Part shown: positions 34,511-43,612 of the stretch, in pieces
Position numbering within the stretch: position 1 is the stretch's first letter
Layout of the letters: every line of letters begins with the position of its first letter
DNA from: a virus
Length of the DNA stretch: 64,000 nt
IMG/VR virus record: IMGVR_UViG_3300046012_000505
Coordinates: 37,003-101,002 of that record
Strand: one strand, 5' to 3'
Notes under the pieces: generated by a model
Database searches by the model: none
Seen by the model: only the letters and a program-made list of their open reading frames with translations
What the model was told of the DNA's origin: nothing
Program-made: the position numbers and the translations under genes

Positions 34511-34824
34511 CCGCCATCCCGCTCACCATCCCGCGCGCCACCGACTCGCGCAGCAGCGCCGTCACCGGCTCGACGATGACGAGAGCCGAACTCGAGCGCT
34601 TTCACGACGGACCTATTCCGGCCCGCGCGGGTCGCACGATCGATCGCCAGCGGGCCAGCGCGGAAATCCGCTTCCTCGCGCGCCAGGTCGAGTTCCACCG
34701 ACTCGCCGCGCTGGAATGGGATGCGCGCGGTGACGTCGCCAGCGCGCAGCGGAACCGGAAAGACGCGGCGTTGTTCGAGAAACAGCGCGGCGAGTGGGTC
34801 GCGTATCTGGCGAGGTTGGGATGA
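34507..34824 (+). CDS. hypothetical protein
   Basis: ATGA coupling. Confidence 0.55.
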   Translation: MTAIPLTIPRATDSRSSAVTGSTMTRAELERFHDGPIPARAGRTIDRQRASAEIRFLARQVEFHRLAALEWDARGDVASAQRNRKDAALFEKQRGEWVAYLARLG

Positions 34825-35138
34825 GTGCGCCTCAGACATTGGCGGACATGGAAGCGGCCGGGCGGCGCGCGGGACATATCAAGGCTGCGCTCGCGGAATT
34901 GACGGACGCCGAGAACCGCCTTGCTCTTCTGCACCAGCAACGTAAAGCGCTCGGCTGGAAAGACGGTCAATGCTGGCGCCCTCGACTCACATTGCGCGAG
35001 CAACGCGATCAATATCGAGACCCGCCGCGGATCGACATCGAGGTCGAGATCCCCTTCGGCGTCGTCCAGCAGCAACTCGTGTACGCCGTCGAGCGCGCAC
35101 GCCGGAAAGTCATTCAGCTCGGCGGGTCGCTGCCATGA
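34821..35138 (+). CDS. hypothetical protein
   Basis: ATGA coupling. Confidence 0.6.
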   Translation: MSAPQTLADMEAAGRRAGHIKAALAELTDAENRLALLHQQRKALGWKDGQCWRPRLTLREQRDQYRDPPRIDIEVEIPFGVVQQQLVYAVERARRKVIQLGGSLP

Positions 35139-35341
35139 CCCGCCGCGACATTCCAGACCCGTGCACCGCCGAAGCCCGCGAGCAGGACTGCACCTGCACG
35201 ATGGAGTCCGTGAACTCGGCCAGCATCGACCCGCCCGAGCCAGTCACCGACCCGTTCTGCCCGCTGCACGGCTACCGCGATGCCGACCGCGAGCGCGACG
35301 CTCAACGCGACGACCCCGATGATCGCCCTTGGGAGGATTAA
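35135..35341 (+). CDS. small metal-binding protein
   Basis: CTC...CPLHG. Confidence 0.6.
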   Translation: MTRRDIPDPCTAEAREQDCTCTMESVNSASIDPPEPVTDPFCPLHGYRDADRERDAQRDDPDDRPWED

Positions 35342-35344
35342 GCC

Positions 35345-35461
35345 ATGAAGACCTTCACATCCTGGCTCGGCCGTCTGTTCAGCCGCCCGCAGCCGACGAC
35401 GTTCCAGCGCTGCCTCGCTGTGCACATGCACTTCGCTAAAAACCCCGGCGCGCTCCGGTGA
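35345..35461 (+). CDS. 38-aa peptide (not in ORF track)
   Basis: GGAGG RBS; MKTFTSWLGRLFSRPQPTTFQRCLAVHMHFAKNPGALR. Confidence 0.45.
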   Translation: MKTFTSWLGRLFSRPQPTTFQRCLAVHMHFAKNPGALR

Positions 35462-35563
35462 TCGTCCAATGGCGGATCGTCCGTCCGGCGCTCCTTGCGC
35501 TGCTCGCCGCGATCGCCGCCGGCATCGTGTAACGCACACCGCCCCGTCCAATTAGGAACTCCC

Positions 35564-37030
35564 ATGCGCATCGTCCAACTCACCGCCGAGAATTTCAAAC
35601 GTCTCCGCGTCGTCAGCATCACGCCGGACGGCAACCTCGTCCAGATCACCGGCCGCAATGGTCAAGGCAAGAGCAGCGTCCTGGATTCGATCTGGGCCGC
35701 ACTCGGCGGCAAGGACGCCATCCAGAGCGTGCCGATCCGCAAGGGCGCCGAGACTGCCGCCATCACGCTCGACCTCGGCGACATCAAGGTGACGCGCAAA
35801 TTCACCGCCGCCGGCGGCACCACGCTGACCGTCGAGAACGCCGACGGCGCGCGCTACCCGTCGCCTCAGAAGATGCTCGACGGGCTGATCGGCGCGATCG
35901 CCTTCGACCCGCTCGAGTTCTCGCGCATGCAGCCGGCGCAGCAGTTCGCGCAGCTGCGGTCCCTGGTGAAACTCGACGTCGACATCGACGACCTGGACGC
36001 CAAGAACGCGACCGACTTCGCCAAACGCACGGAGATCAACCGGGAGAGCAAGCGCCTCCGCGCCGTGCTGGCCGGCATGCCCGCCGTGCCAGACGATTTG
36101 CCCCCCGATCCGATCGACACTGCGGCGCTGGTCGACGAGATCGCCAGGGCCGGCGAGCATAACGCCGACATCGAACGGCGCCGCGGCAACCGGAAGACCG
36201 CCGCCGACTCGGTCGAGCGCCTGACCGCCGAAATCAAGGAGATCAACGACAGCCTGCCCGGCAAGCTCGCCGCCAGCGAACGCCGCTATGCGGCCATCGT
36301 CGCCGATCTGCAGGCCCAGATCGAGGCGCTGCAGGCCCGCATCGTCAAGGTCAACGCCGACGCCGACGAGGAGCGGACCACCTTCAGCGACGAGGCCGCC
36401 AACGAGACTCGCGAGCGGGCCGAGCAGTTGACCGCCCTGCAGGCGAAGATCGACGCCGCCCAACCCCTTCCCGACCCGATCGACGCCGCCGAGGTCCGCG
36501 CCAGGTTGACCGCCGCCACGGCGACCAACGAGCAGATCGCCCAGCGCACCGCCCGTGCCAAGGCGGAAGCCGACGCCGTAGCCAGCGAGGCGGCCGCCGA
36601 CACGCTCACCCAGGCGATGGCCGACCGCGGCGCTACCAAGGCCAAAGCCATCGCGGCCGCCGCCATGCCCGTCCCCGATCTCGGCTTCGGCGACGGCATC
36701 GTGACGCTCAGCGACCTGCCGTTCGATCAAGCGAGCTCCGCCGAGCAGCTGCGCGTCTCCTGCGCGATCGCCATGGCGATGAACCCGAAACTCCGCGTGC
36801 TGCGGATCAAGGACGGTTCGCTGCTCGACGAGGACGGACTCGCGCTGCTGGCGACGATGGCCGACGAGCACGACACGCAGATATGGATCGAGAGGGTGGC
36901 AAGCGGCGACAAGGTCGGGATCGTGCTCGAGGACGGGCATATCCAGGGTGTCGAGCAACCGCCAGAGCCAGAGCCGGTTGCCGAACTGCACGACCTGTCC
37001 ATCGGCGTGCCAGCCGGACAACTCATCTAG
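35564..37030 (+). CDS. Rad50/SbcC-like ATPase with long coiled coil
   Basis: ENFKRL, ITGRNGQGKSS, ASSAEQ signature, IKDGSLLD. Confidence 0.88.
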   Translation: MRIVQLTAENFKRLRVVSITPDGNLVQITGRNGQGKSSVLDSIWAALGGKDAIQSVPIRKGAETAAITLDLGDIKVTRKFTAAGGTTLTVENADGARYPSPQKMLDGLIGAIAFDPLEFSRMQPAQQFAQLRSLVKLDVDIDDLDAKNATDFAKRTEINRESKRLRAVLAGMPAVPDDLPPDPIDTAALVDEIARAGEHNADIERRRGNRKTAADSVERLTAEIKEINDSLPGKLAASERRYAAIVADLQAQIEALQARIVKVNADADEERTTFSDEAANETRERAEQLTALQAKIDAAQPLPDPIDAAEVRARLTAATATNEQIAQRTARAKAEADAVASEAAADTLTQAMADRGATKAKAIAAAAMPVPDLGFGDGIVTLSDLPFDQASSAEQLRVSCAIAMAMNPKLRVLRIKDGSLLDEDGLALLATMADEHDTQIWIERVASGDKVGIVLEDGHIQGVEQPPEPEPVAELHDLSIGVPAGQLI

Positions 37031-37032
37031 CC

Positions 37033-37539
37033 ATGCGCGTCCGGTTCTCAGCCGACGATGCCGGCCGCGCCTACGACGAATGGGGCGCGAACTGCGGCCC
37101 AGGCGCGCTCGCCGGGGTCATGGGGATGACGCTGGCTGAAGTGCGGCCGCACATGGGTGATTTCGAGCGGAAGCGCTACACGAACCCGACGCTGATGTTC
37201 GACTGTCTCGCCAGGGCGGGCGCGCGCTGGACTTTTGAGAAAGGGTCCCGTGACTGGCCGCGCTACGGCTTGGCGCGCATCCAATGGGAAGGGCCGTGGA
37301 CGAAGCCCGGCGTTCCTCCGCGCGTTGCCTACCGGCACACGCACTGGGTCGGATCATGCGTCCGCTCGGCAGCGAATATCGGAATTTTCGACATCAACTG
37401 CATGGAAAGCGGCGGCTGGGTTTCTCTCAGTGACTGGGAAACCTTGGTCGTGCCGTGGCTCCTCAAAGAGACCGAGCCGAAGGCGGACGGCCGCTGGCAC
37501 ATCACGCACGCTATCGAAGTCACTCAGCCGCCAATTTAA
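37033..37539 (+). CDS. papain-like (C39-like) fold protein
   Basis: NCGPGALA...THWVG...IFDIN gives a Cys-His-Asp order. Confidence 0.55.
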   Translation: MRVRFSADDAGRAYDEWGANCGPGALAGVMGMTLAEVRPHMGDFERKRYTNPTLMFDCLARAGARWTFEKGSRDWPRYGLARIQWEGPWTKPGVPPRVAYRHTHWVGSCVRSAANIGIFDINCMESGGWVSLSDWETLVVPWLLKETEPKADGRWHITHAIEVTQPPI

Positions 37540-37554
37540 CCCGAGGGAGACCCC

Positions 37555-37998
37555 ATGACCAAGCCGACACCATTGGAAGCCGCGATCCAGCGGACCCGCG
37601 CAAGCCTCGCCGAGGCGACGACCAAAGTGCAGGATCTGACCGATCAGATTCTCACCCTGGACCGCGAACGTTACGTCGCCCGGGCGCATGTCGCCGCCTA
37701 CACCGACGCGCTCACCCTCATGGGTGCCGGCGATGCCGTCGAGGCGCCGCCCGAGTCGGGCGCGCCGCGCGCCAAGCCCGGCGCCGTCGAGGAGGCGATC
37801 GCCGCTCACCTCGCCAACTACCCCGACGGCATCAAGCTCGACGGGCTGGTCGAGCGCACCGGCCAGAAGCGCGCGTCGGTCCAGGCCGCGCTGCGCCGCA
37901 TGACCGACGCCGGCAAGGTCGCGCTGGACGGCGAGATGTACCGCATCCCAGCCAGCGACGTCGGCACCGAAGCGCCCCACCAGGAGGCCGCAGAATGA
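37555..37998 (+). CDS. coiled-coil plus winged-helix protein
   Basis: C-terminal PDGIKLDGLVERTGQKRASVQAALRRM...G.V...G..Y. Confidence 0.65.
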   Translation: MTKPTPLEAAIQRTRASLAEATTKVQDLTDQILTLDRERYVARAHVAAYTDALTLMGAGDAVEAPPESGAPRAKPGAVEEAIAAHLANYPDGIKLDGLVERTGQKRASVQAALRRMTDAGKVALDGEMYRIPASDVGTEAPHQEAAE

Positions 37999-38942
37999 AA
38001 ATATCGGCCCCCTGCTTCCTCGACGGGTTTCCGAACGAGACCTACCACGGCGACTGCTGCGACGGGCCCAGCCTGTCGCATGGCGGCGCGCACGACATCA
38101 TCAAGACATGCCCGGCGCTCTATTTCGAGGACAGTCCGTACAATCCGAACCGGCCCGAGGACGAGAGCAAGAAGGCTTTCAATCTCGGCTCGGCGGCGCA
38201 CACGCTCGTGCTCGAGCCCGACCAATGGGCGTCGCGCGTCGTCATCGTGCGCGGCGTCACCAAAGACGGCAAGCCATCCGCCGGCTACAGCAGCCAGAGC
38301 GCCAAGGACCAGCGCGACGCCGCCCTCGCCGCCAACAAAATCCCGGTTCTTGCCGAGGAGCACAGCGAGGTCATGGCGATGCACGCCGCCCTGCTGCGCC
38401 ACCCGATCGCCGGCAACGCATTCGAGGGCGGCGTTGCCGAACGGTCGTTCTTCTGGCGCGATCCCGAGTTCGGCATCTGGCTCAAATGCCGGCCGGACTA
38501 TCTCTACGCCGACAACGACACTATCGTGCACTACAAGACCACCGGCCGCGGCGCGGCACCACCGGACCTGTCCAAGACGCTTTGGGACATGGGCTGGCAT
38601 TCGACGGTGCCCTGGTACTGTGACGGAGTGGAGGCCGTCACAGGCCACCGCCCGCGCAATTCCCTGTTCGTCGTGCAGGAGGTCGAGCCGCCCTATCTGG
38701 TATCGGTCACGCGCGTCAACCAGCGTGCCGTCAACTGGGGCCGCAAGGCGAACCGCAAGGCAATCAGCCTGTTCGCCAACTGCATGCGTACCGGCCAGTG
38801 GCACGGCTATCGCGAGCCGAACTCCCTCGACAAGGATACCGTGTTCACCATCGACGTGCCGGGCTGGGCCGAGTTCCAGCTTGCCGACGCCGACGAGGCC
38901 GGCGCGTTCGACATCGCGCCCGCCGCCCAGGCCGCGGAGTAG
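37995..38942 (+). CDS. RecE/exonuclease VIII-like PD-(D/E)xK nuclease (DUF3799-like)
   Basis: YH...LS, FNLGSAAHTLVLEP, AERSFFW, KCRPD, YKTT, FVVQE.EPPY. Confidence 0.85.
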   Translation: MKISAPCFLDGFPNETYHGDCCDGPSLSHGGAHDIIKTCPALYFEDSPYNPNRPEDESKKAFNLGSAAHTLVLEPDQWASRVVIVRGVTKDGKPSAGYSSQSAKDQRDAALAANKIPVLAEEHSEVMAMHAALLRHPIAGNAFEGGVAERSFFWRDPEFGIWLKCRPDYLYADNDTIVHYKTTGRGAAPPDLSKTLWDMGWHSTVPWYCDGVEAVTGHRPRNSLFVVQEVEPPYLVSVTRVNQRAVNWGRKANRKAISLFANCMRTGQWHGYREPNSLDKDTVFTIDVPGWAEFQLADADEAGAFDIAPAAQAAE

Positions 38943-38944
38943 GT

Positions 38945-39214
38945 ATGAACAATATCGTCTACAAATACGAACTGCACCCCGGCGGCATGCCGACGCAAAT
39001 GCCGAAGGGCGCGACGCTTCTCTCCGTAGGCTTCCAGGAGACCGCGCTTCAGGTGTGGGCACTGGTCGCGCCGCATGGCGAGAACGTGGCGCGACGCATT
39101 GCGGCAGTGCCAACCGGCCGTTCCTGCGATCTCGAAGGCGCGGTGTTCGTTGGCACCGCCCACCATCCTGCCGGTCTTGTGTTTCATGTCTTCGACTTCG
39201 GCGAGGCACCCTAA
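38945..39214 (+). CDS. hypothetical phage protein
   Basis: VYKY.L...MPKGA.LLSV..Q.....WALV...TG....FVGT.....VFHVF motif. Confidence 0.7.
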   Translation: MNNIVYKYELHPGGMPTQMPKGATLLSVGFQETALQVWALVAPHGENVARRIAAVPTGRSCDLEGAVFVGTAHHPAGLVFHVFDFGEAP

Positions 39215-39217
39215 TCC

Positions 39218-40441
39218 ATGTCCATCATCAGCATCGCTCCCATCCAGCGTGCCGGCAGCCACGTCATCATCTCGCTGACCGGACCATCGGGCAGTGGCAA
39301 GACCTACACCGGCATCCTGATCGCGCGCGGTCTCGTCGGCCCGAATGAGCCGATCGGCTTCCTCGACACGGAGACCGGTCGCGGGCGCCTCTATTCCGAC
39401 ATCGCCGGCGCGTGCAAATACGGCGAGTTGACAGCGCCGTTCTCGCCCGATCGCTACATCGAGGCCATCGAGGAATTCGAGCGCACCGGCATCAAGGCGC
39501 TGATCATCGACAGCATTTCACACGAATGGGAGGGCACCGGCGGGGTGGTCGAGATGGCCGAAGCGACCAACCGCAAGGACTACGGTAAATGGGCGATGCC
39601 GAAGGCCAAGCACAAGAAATTCATGGGTCGCCTGCTGTCGTCCCGCATGCACCTGATCCTGTGCTGCCGAGCTCGCCAGCCGATTCGTGAGGAGATCACC
39701 GAATCCGGCAAGAAGGAAATCATCGTCGGGGACTGGAAGGAAATCCAGGAGAAGGGCTTTATCTACGAGGTCACCGTGTCCGTCCTGCTACGCCCCGACG
39801 GCACCCGCAAGATCACGAAATGCCCCGCCGCTCTGCTCCCCGCCTTCGCCGGCGACGGCTACATCACCCCCGCTACCGGAGAATTCATCGCCACATGGGT
39901 CGGCGGCGGCTCGCCTGTCAACCACGCGCTCGAGGAGCTTCGCCGCGCCGGCCAAGTAGCCGCGGAGAATGGCAGCAAGGAATTCGGCAAGTGGTGGAAC
40001 CTGACGGACGTCAAACAGCAACGCGACGCGCTGCGTCCCTTCCTCGACAACTTCGCCTCGATCGCCAAGACGGCCGACGACGAAGCCACCCGGCTCCGCG
40101 CCGAGCAGGACACCAAACAGGACGACGATCCGTTCGCCGGCCGCGACGCTGACTCGGTCACCACCCGGCAACCCGAGCCGCCCCCCACCCCGGCCGCCGA
40201 CTTCTGGACCCGCGACGATCTCGCCATCGCGCCGCAGCAGAAGGACGGCAAGACCGCCTGGCAGGGATGGGAGACTGAGATGCGCGCCCACGCGTCCAAC
40301 GCACGCGACGAGGACGACCTGCGCCGGCTCGACGTCGACAACTCGTCGCACTGGGACGCCTTCACCGAGGCAAACCAGAAAGCCGCCAAGCTGCTGCGGC
40401 TGTTCTTCTCCGAACGGCGCGACAAGCTGCGGGCTTTGTGA
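39218..40441 (+). CDS. Sak4-like AAA ATPase / recombinase
   Basis: GPSGSGKT, LDTE, PFSP..Y, IIDSISHEWEG.GG; downstream of RecE-like nuclease. Confidence 0.85.
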   Translation: MSIISIAPIQRAGSHVIISLTGPSGSGKTYTGILIARGLVGPNEPIGFLDTETGRGRLYSDIAGACKYGELTAPFSPDRYIEAIEEFERTGIKALIIDSISHEWEGTGGVVEMAEATNRKDYGKWAMPKAKHKKFMGRLLSSRMHLILCCRARQPIREEITESGKKEIIVGDWKEIQEKGFIYEVTVSVLLRPDGTRKITKCPAALLPAFAGDGYITPATGEFIATWVGGGSPVNHALEELRRAGQVAAENGSKEFGKWWNLTDVKQQRDALRPFLDNFASIAKTADDEATRLRAEQDTKQDDDPFAGRDADSVTTRQPEPPPTPAADFWTRDDLAIAPQQKDGKTAWQGWETEMRAHASNARDEDDLRRLDVDNSSHWDAFTEANQKAAKLLRLFFSERRDKLRAL

Positions 40442-40540
40442 TGACCACTCCCGAGGATAAGGCACGCGCGACCTATTCGGGGCGTCAAAACGTGCGTGCC
40501 GGACGAATTTTATCATCCCGTGCGCTGACGCGCTCGGCAG

Positions 40541-40557
40541 CCGTCCCTTAGATTGAG
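40541..40557. repeat. left arm of perfect 17-bp inverted repeat flanking the RNA ligase
   Basis: CCGTCCCTTAGATTGAG. Confidence 0.9.
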
Positions 40558-40564
40558 GATTGAG

Positions 40565-41206
40565 ATGAAAGAGTACCACAAAATCCAGACCGTTTTTAAA
40601 CGCGACCCGGCGACGAACCATAAGACTTTGTTGGACGGCGATTATTCGGAAGATGCCTTCGCCTATCTTGCCGGCAATCTATGGGTCTTTACCGAGAAAG
40701 TGGACGGCACGAACATTCGCGTGATGGTCTCGCCAAATCTCGACGGCCCAGTATTCGGCGGCAAGACCGACGCTGCGCAAATTCCGGCATTCCTCGTCCA
40801 ACGCCTTCAAGAGCGGTTCCTTTCTCAGGCGGCGAAGCTCCGCGAGATTTTCCCCGATGGCGGCTGCCTCTACGGCGAAGGCTACGGCGCGAAGATTCAG
40901 AAGGGCGGCGGCAACTATCGCACCGACCAGGACTTCGTGCTGTTCGATGTCAAGGTCGGCGACTGGTGGCTGCAGCGCGAGGCAGTGGAGGAGGTGGCCG
41001 GCAAGCTCGGCGTGGACGTGGTTCCGATCATCGGCGCCGGCACGCTCGCCGAGATGGTCGGCATGGTCCGCGCCGGATTCATCTCGACCTGGGGCGACTT
41101 CGCTGCCGAGGGCGTCGTTGCGCGCCCCGCAGTCGAGATGAAAACCCGCAACGGTCAGCGCATCATCACGAAGATCAAACACCGCGACTTTGCGGTCTCA
41201 ATCTAA
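40565..41206 (+). CDS. ATP-dependent RNA ligase (Rnl2-like adenylation domain)
   Basis: Motif I EKVDGTN, III LYGE, IIIa FVLFDV, IV EGVV, V KIK. Confidence 0.9.
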   Translation: MKEYHKIQTVFKRDPATNHKTLLDGDYSEDAFAYLAGNLWVFTEKVDGTNIRVMVSPNLDGPVFGGKTDAAQIPAFLVQRLQERFLSQAAKLREIFPDGGCLYGEGYGAKIQKGGGNYRTDQDFVLFDVKVGDWWLQREAVEEVAGKLGVDVVPIIGAGTLAEMVGMVRAGFISTWGDFAAEGVVARPAVEMKTRNGQRIITKIKHRDFAVSI

Positions 41207-41213
41207 GGGACGG
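41197..41213. repeat. right arm of perfect 17-bp inverted repeat flanking the RNA ligase
   Basis: CTCAATCTAAGGGACGG, exact reverse complement of 40541-40557; contains the ligase TAA. Confidence 0.9.
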
Positions 41214-41284
41214 ATGCGCCGCGAAGCGGGCCTGACACAGATGGCCCGGCACGCAACGAGTGACAACACCAAAGGGACCCCGTC

Positions 41285-41620
41285 ATGACCGAGCAATCTA
41301 TCCCCCTGTCCCCCGCCAGCGCACAAGCACTCCACCATTTTGGCGATCCCTGCATTCACTGCGCTATCCCGCACGATGATGTGCCGGTCGGGCCGTGCCG
41401 TGGTGATCCGGCGAAGGCGATCCCGATCGCCTATAAATCGCTCGGCGTCCGATGGGATCATGTCGAGCGGTTCCTGGTCTGCTTCAGCAATGGGCGCGTG
41501 GAGCAACGCTATTCGCACATCAGCGAGCACGCGCCCTACTGGCATTTTGGCTACGCTCGGGACTTCCAGTCGCCACCCCGCTACGACCAAAAGCTAACGC
41601 CAGCGGATATCACGCCATGA
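41285..41620 (+). CDS. hypothetical protein with CxxC motif
   Basis: PCIHC...H.....GPC. Confidence 0.6.
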   Translation: MTEQSIPLSPASAQALHHFGDPCIHCAIPHDDVPVGPCRGDPAKAIPIAYKSLGVRWDHVERFLVCFSNGRVEQRYSHISEHAPYWHFGYARDFQSPPRYDQKLTPADITP

Positions 41621-42549
41621 GCGAGGACCGGAAGCGCGAGGACGAGATACGCGCCAACATCATCCAGAACGGCGCGACGTGGCGCGGGGATGTTGACTGC
41701 CTCCTGCGAATCATCGACGCCACGCGGGGGACGTTGAGCGACTTTATCGCGCTCGTGGCCGAAGGGGACGCCCGGTCAGCGGGGCTCAGAGAGGCGCTGG
41801 AGGAGGCCGATACATACTTTCACACTATCAGCCGTAACATTGTTGACGATGTCGACTCAGGGCAATGGACGCCTTTCTTCGACGAGATATCTAGCGCCGC
41901 TATTCTTGGACGCGCAAAGATCAAATCAGCGCTCTCGGTCGCGAAGTCCGAAGCGGAGTGGTGGGCGCACCAAGAAATTCTTGCTCTGCGCGCCCGGAAC
42001 GCGGCGCTCACGAGTGCGCCGCCGCAGTTGCGGGAGTTGCGCGAGGTCGCTCACGCAGCTTGGCACGCTCTCGACGAGGGTGAAGATTGCGGCGATGGAC
42101 GGCACATCATCGACGATGTGTCCGACCTCAACGCGGCGCTCAAAGCCCTGTGCGGCGACGAAGACGACATCCATTACGCGCTGGAGCCGATCGACGCCAT
42201 GATCGCCGCCCTCGCCTCCTCGGGTTCACCAGCGAGCGGGATGGAGGAGGCGGTGCTGGAGGTTGTCGCCGAACGCCGCCGTCAGGTCGAGGCCGAGGGC
42301 TGGGCGCTGGAGCATGACGATAAGCATACGGACGGCGCCTTGGCAAAGGCGGCCACCTGTTACGCTTCGGTCTATCCGTTGGGAGCGTGTTACTGGCCTT
42401 GGGACCTTAAGTGGTGGAAGCCAAAAGACCGGCGGCGCAACCTCGTGAAGGCCGGCGCGCTGATCCTCGCCGAGATCGAACGCATCGACCGCGCCGCCTC
42501 CCGGTCAAACACCCCGCCAGCACCGAGCGATGCACAGGAGACGATATGA
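41617..42549 (+). CDS. mosaic phage protein with conserved C-terminal domain
   Basis: AERRRQVEAEGW..EHDD.H..G.LA.AA.CY...WPW...WWKP...RRNLVKAGALILAEIERIDR. Confidence 0.75.
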   Translation: MSEDRKREDEIRANIIQNGATWRGDVDCLLRIIDATRGTLSDFIALVAEGDARSAGLREALEEADTYFHTISRNIVDDVDSGQWTPFFDEISSAAILGRAKIKSALSVAKSEAEWWAHQEILALRARNAALTSAPPQLRELREVAHAAWHALDEGEDCGDGRHIIDDVSDLNAALKALCGDEDDIHYALEPIDAMIAALASSGSPASGMEEAVLEVVAERRRQVEAEGWALEHDDKHTDGALAKAATCYASVYPLGACYWPWDLKWWKPKDRRRNLVKAGALILAEIERIDRAASRSNTPPAPSDAQETI

Positions 42550-42929
42550 GCGAGCGCAAGGCGATCCCCGAAGATATCGAGTTCGATCCGACCTATCGAC
42601 GGCAGCGACTCCTCGCAAGGTACGCGCTTGGCTTGGCGATCAACGCATTGCGTGGAGCGCGGCCTTGTTGGGCGGACGCGCCGGACCAGAAGAAGGTCGC
42701 CGACATGTTGCAGGCGGCCGCGGTCGAGAACGGCATCATTGTTTTCGACGACTTCCATCATGCGCCGATGTGCCGCGCCAACCACTGGCATTTCGCATCC
42801 ATGCCGACGGGGCCTTGCACATGCGGGGCCGCGAGCTCGGTGCCGCGAGCAACGCGGGTCGAAACGAAAAGCGGTGCGCCAAAGATCGACACAAAAGAAT
42901 CTGCCGCGAGCGATGGAGGGGACCGGTGA
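42546..42929 (+). CDS. hypothetical protein with His/Cys motif
   Basis: HAPMC.ANHWH...CTCG. Confidence 0.55.
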   Translation: MSERKAIPEDIEFDPTYRRQRLLARYALGLAINALRGARPCWADAPDQKKVADMLQAAAVENGIIVFDDFHHAPMCRANHWHFASMPTGPCTCGAASSVPRATRVETKSGAPKIDTKESAASDGGDR

Positions 42930-43612
42930 GCGTGACAATGGACGCATTCGCCGAGGACGCTGCGGAGATCACGCGCCTCCGCGCCGAGATAACCCGTCTT
43001 ACCGACCTCTGCGCCGCCTACAAGGGACAGGTGGAGGCAGGTGCGGCGGAGATCGGGCGCCTGACCGCCGACCTCAGCTCCATGTCGTTCGCTCACACGC
43101 TGGCAGAGGAACAGCGGGACACCGCCACCCGCGCCCTCTCCGACCTCCGATCACGGATAGAGAACCCGGATGAGGCGATGGTGGAGGCTATCGCGCGGGA
43201 AATGTGTCGCCGCCGGATGACTTCTATCGACGAGGGGGACACTAGGCCGAACTGGCACTATGCCGCCGAAAGCCTGCAAGGGGCCATCGCGCATAATTGG
43301 GGCGGTGAGATTACGACTGTCCGCACCGTTCTCTTCGCCCTCGCCAAGGATCTGACCCCGCCATCCGAGAAGGCGCAGGAGATCGATTTGACCAAGAGCG
43401 CGCCGGGAGCGTTGCCGTGCCCGTTCTGCGGATCGCGGGACGTGGTTAACTGGCTTTCGCACGATGCCGCGCCGAACGTCTGGACGGTGTTTTGCCAAGC
43501 GTGCGAGACCGAGGGTCCGCATTCCAGCAGCGAAGCGGATTCATTAGATAAATGGAATCGCCGCGCCGCCCTCGCCCTCGATCCCCTCCCCACAGGAGAC
43601 ACCAATGTCTGA
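42926..43612 (+). CDS. coiled-coil protein with C-terminal Lar restriction-alleviation domain
   Basis: LPCPFCG...VFCQAC..EGP......A...WNRR. Confidence 0.75.
   Translation: MSVTMDAFAEDAAEITRLRAEITRLTDLCAAYKGQVEAGAAEIGRLTADLSSMSFAHTLAEEQRDTATRALSDLRSRIENPDEAMVEAIAREMCRRRMTSIDEGDTRPNWHYAAESLQGAIAHNWGGEITTVRTVLFALAKDLTPPSEKAQEIDLTKSAPGALPCPFCGSRDVVNWLSHDAAPNVWTVFCQACETEGPHSSSEADSLDKWNRRAALALDPLPTGDTNV

Noticed and set aside
40541-41213. Retron or IS element explanation for the inverted repeat
   Set aside because: No reverse transcriptase or transposase in the window and no target-site duplication seen.
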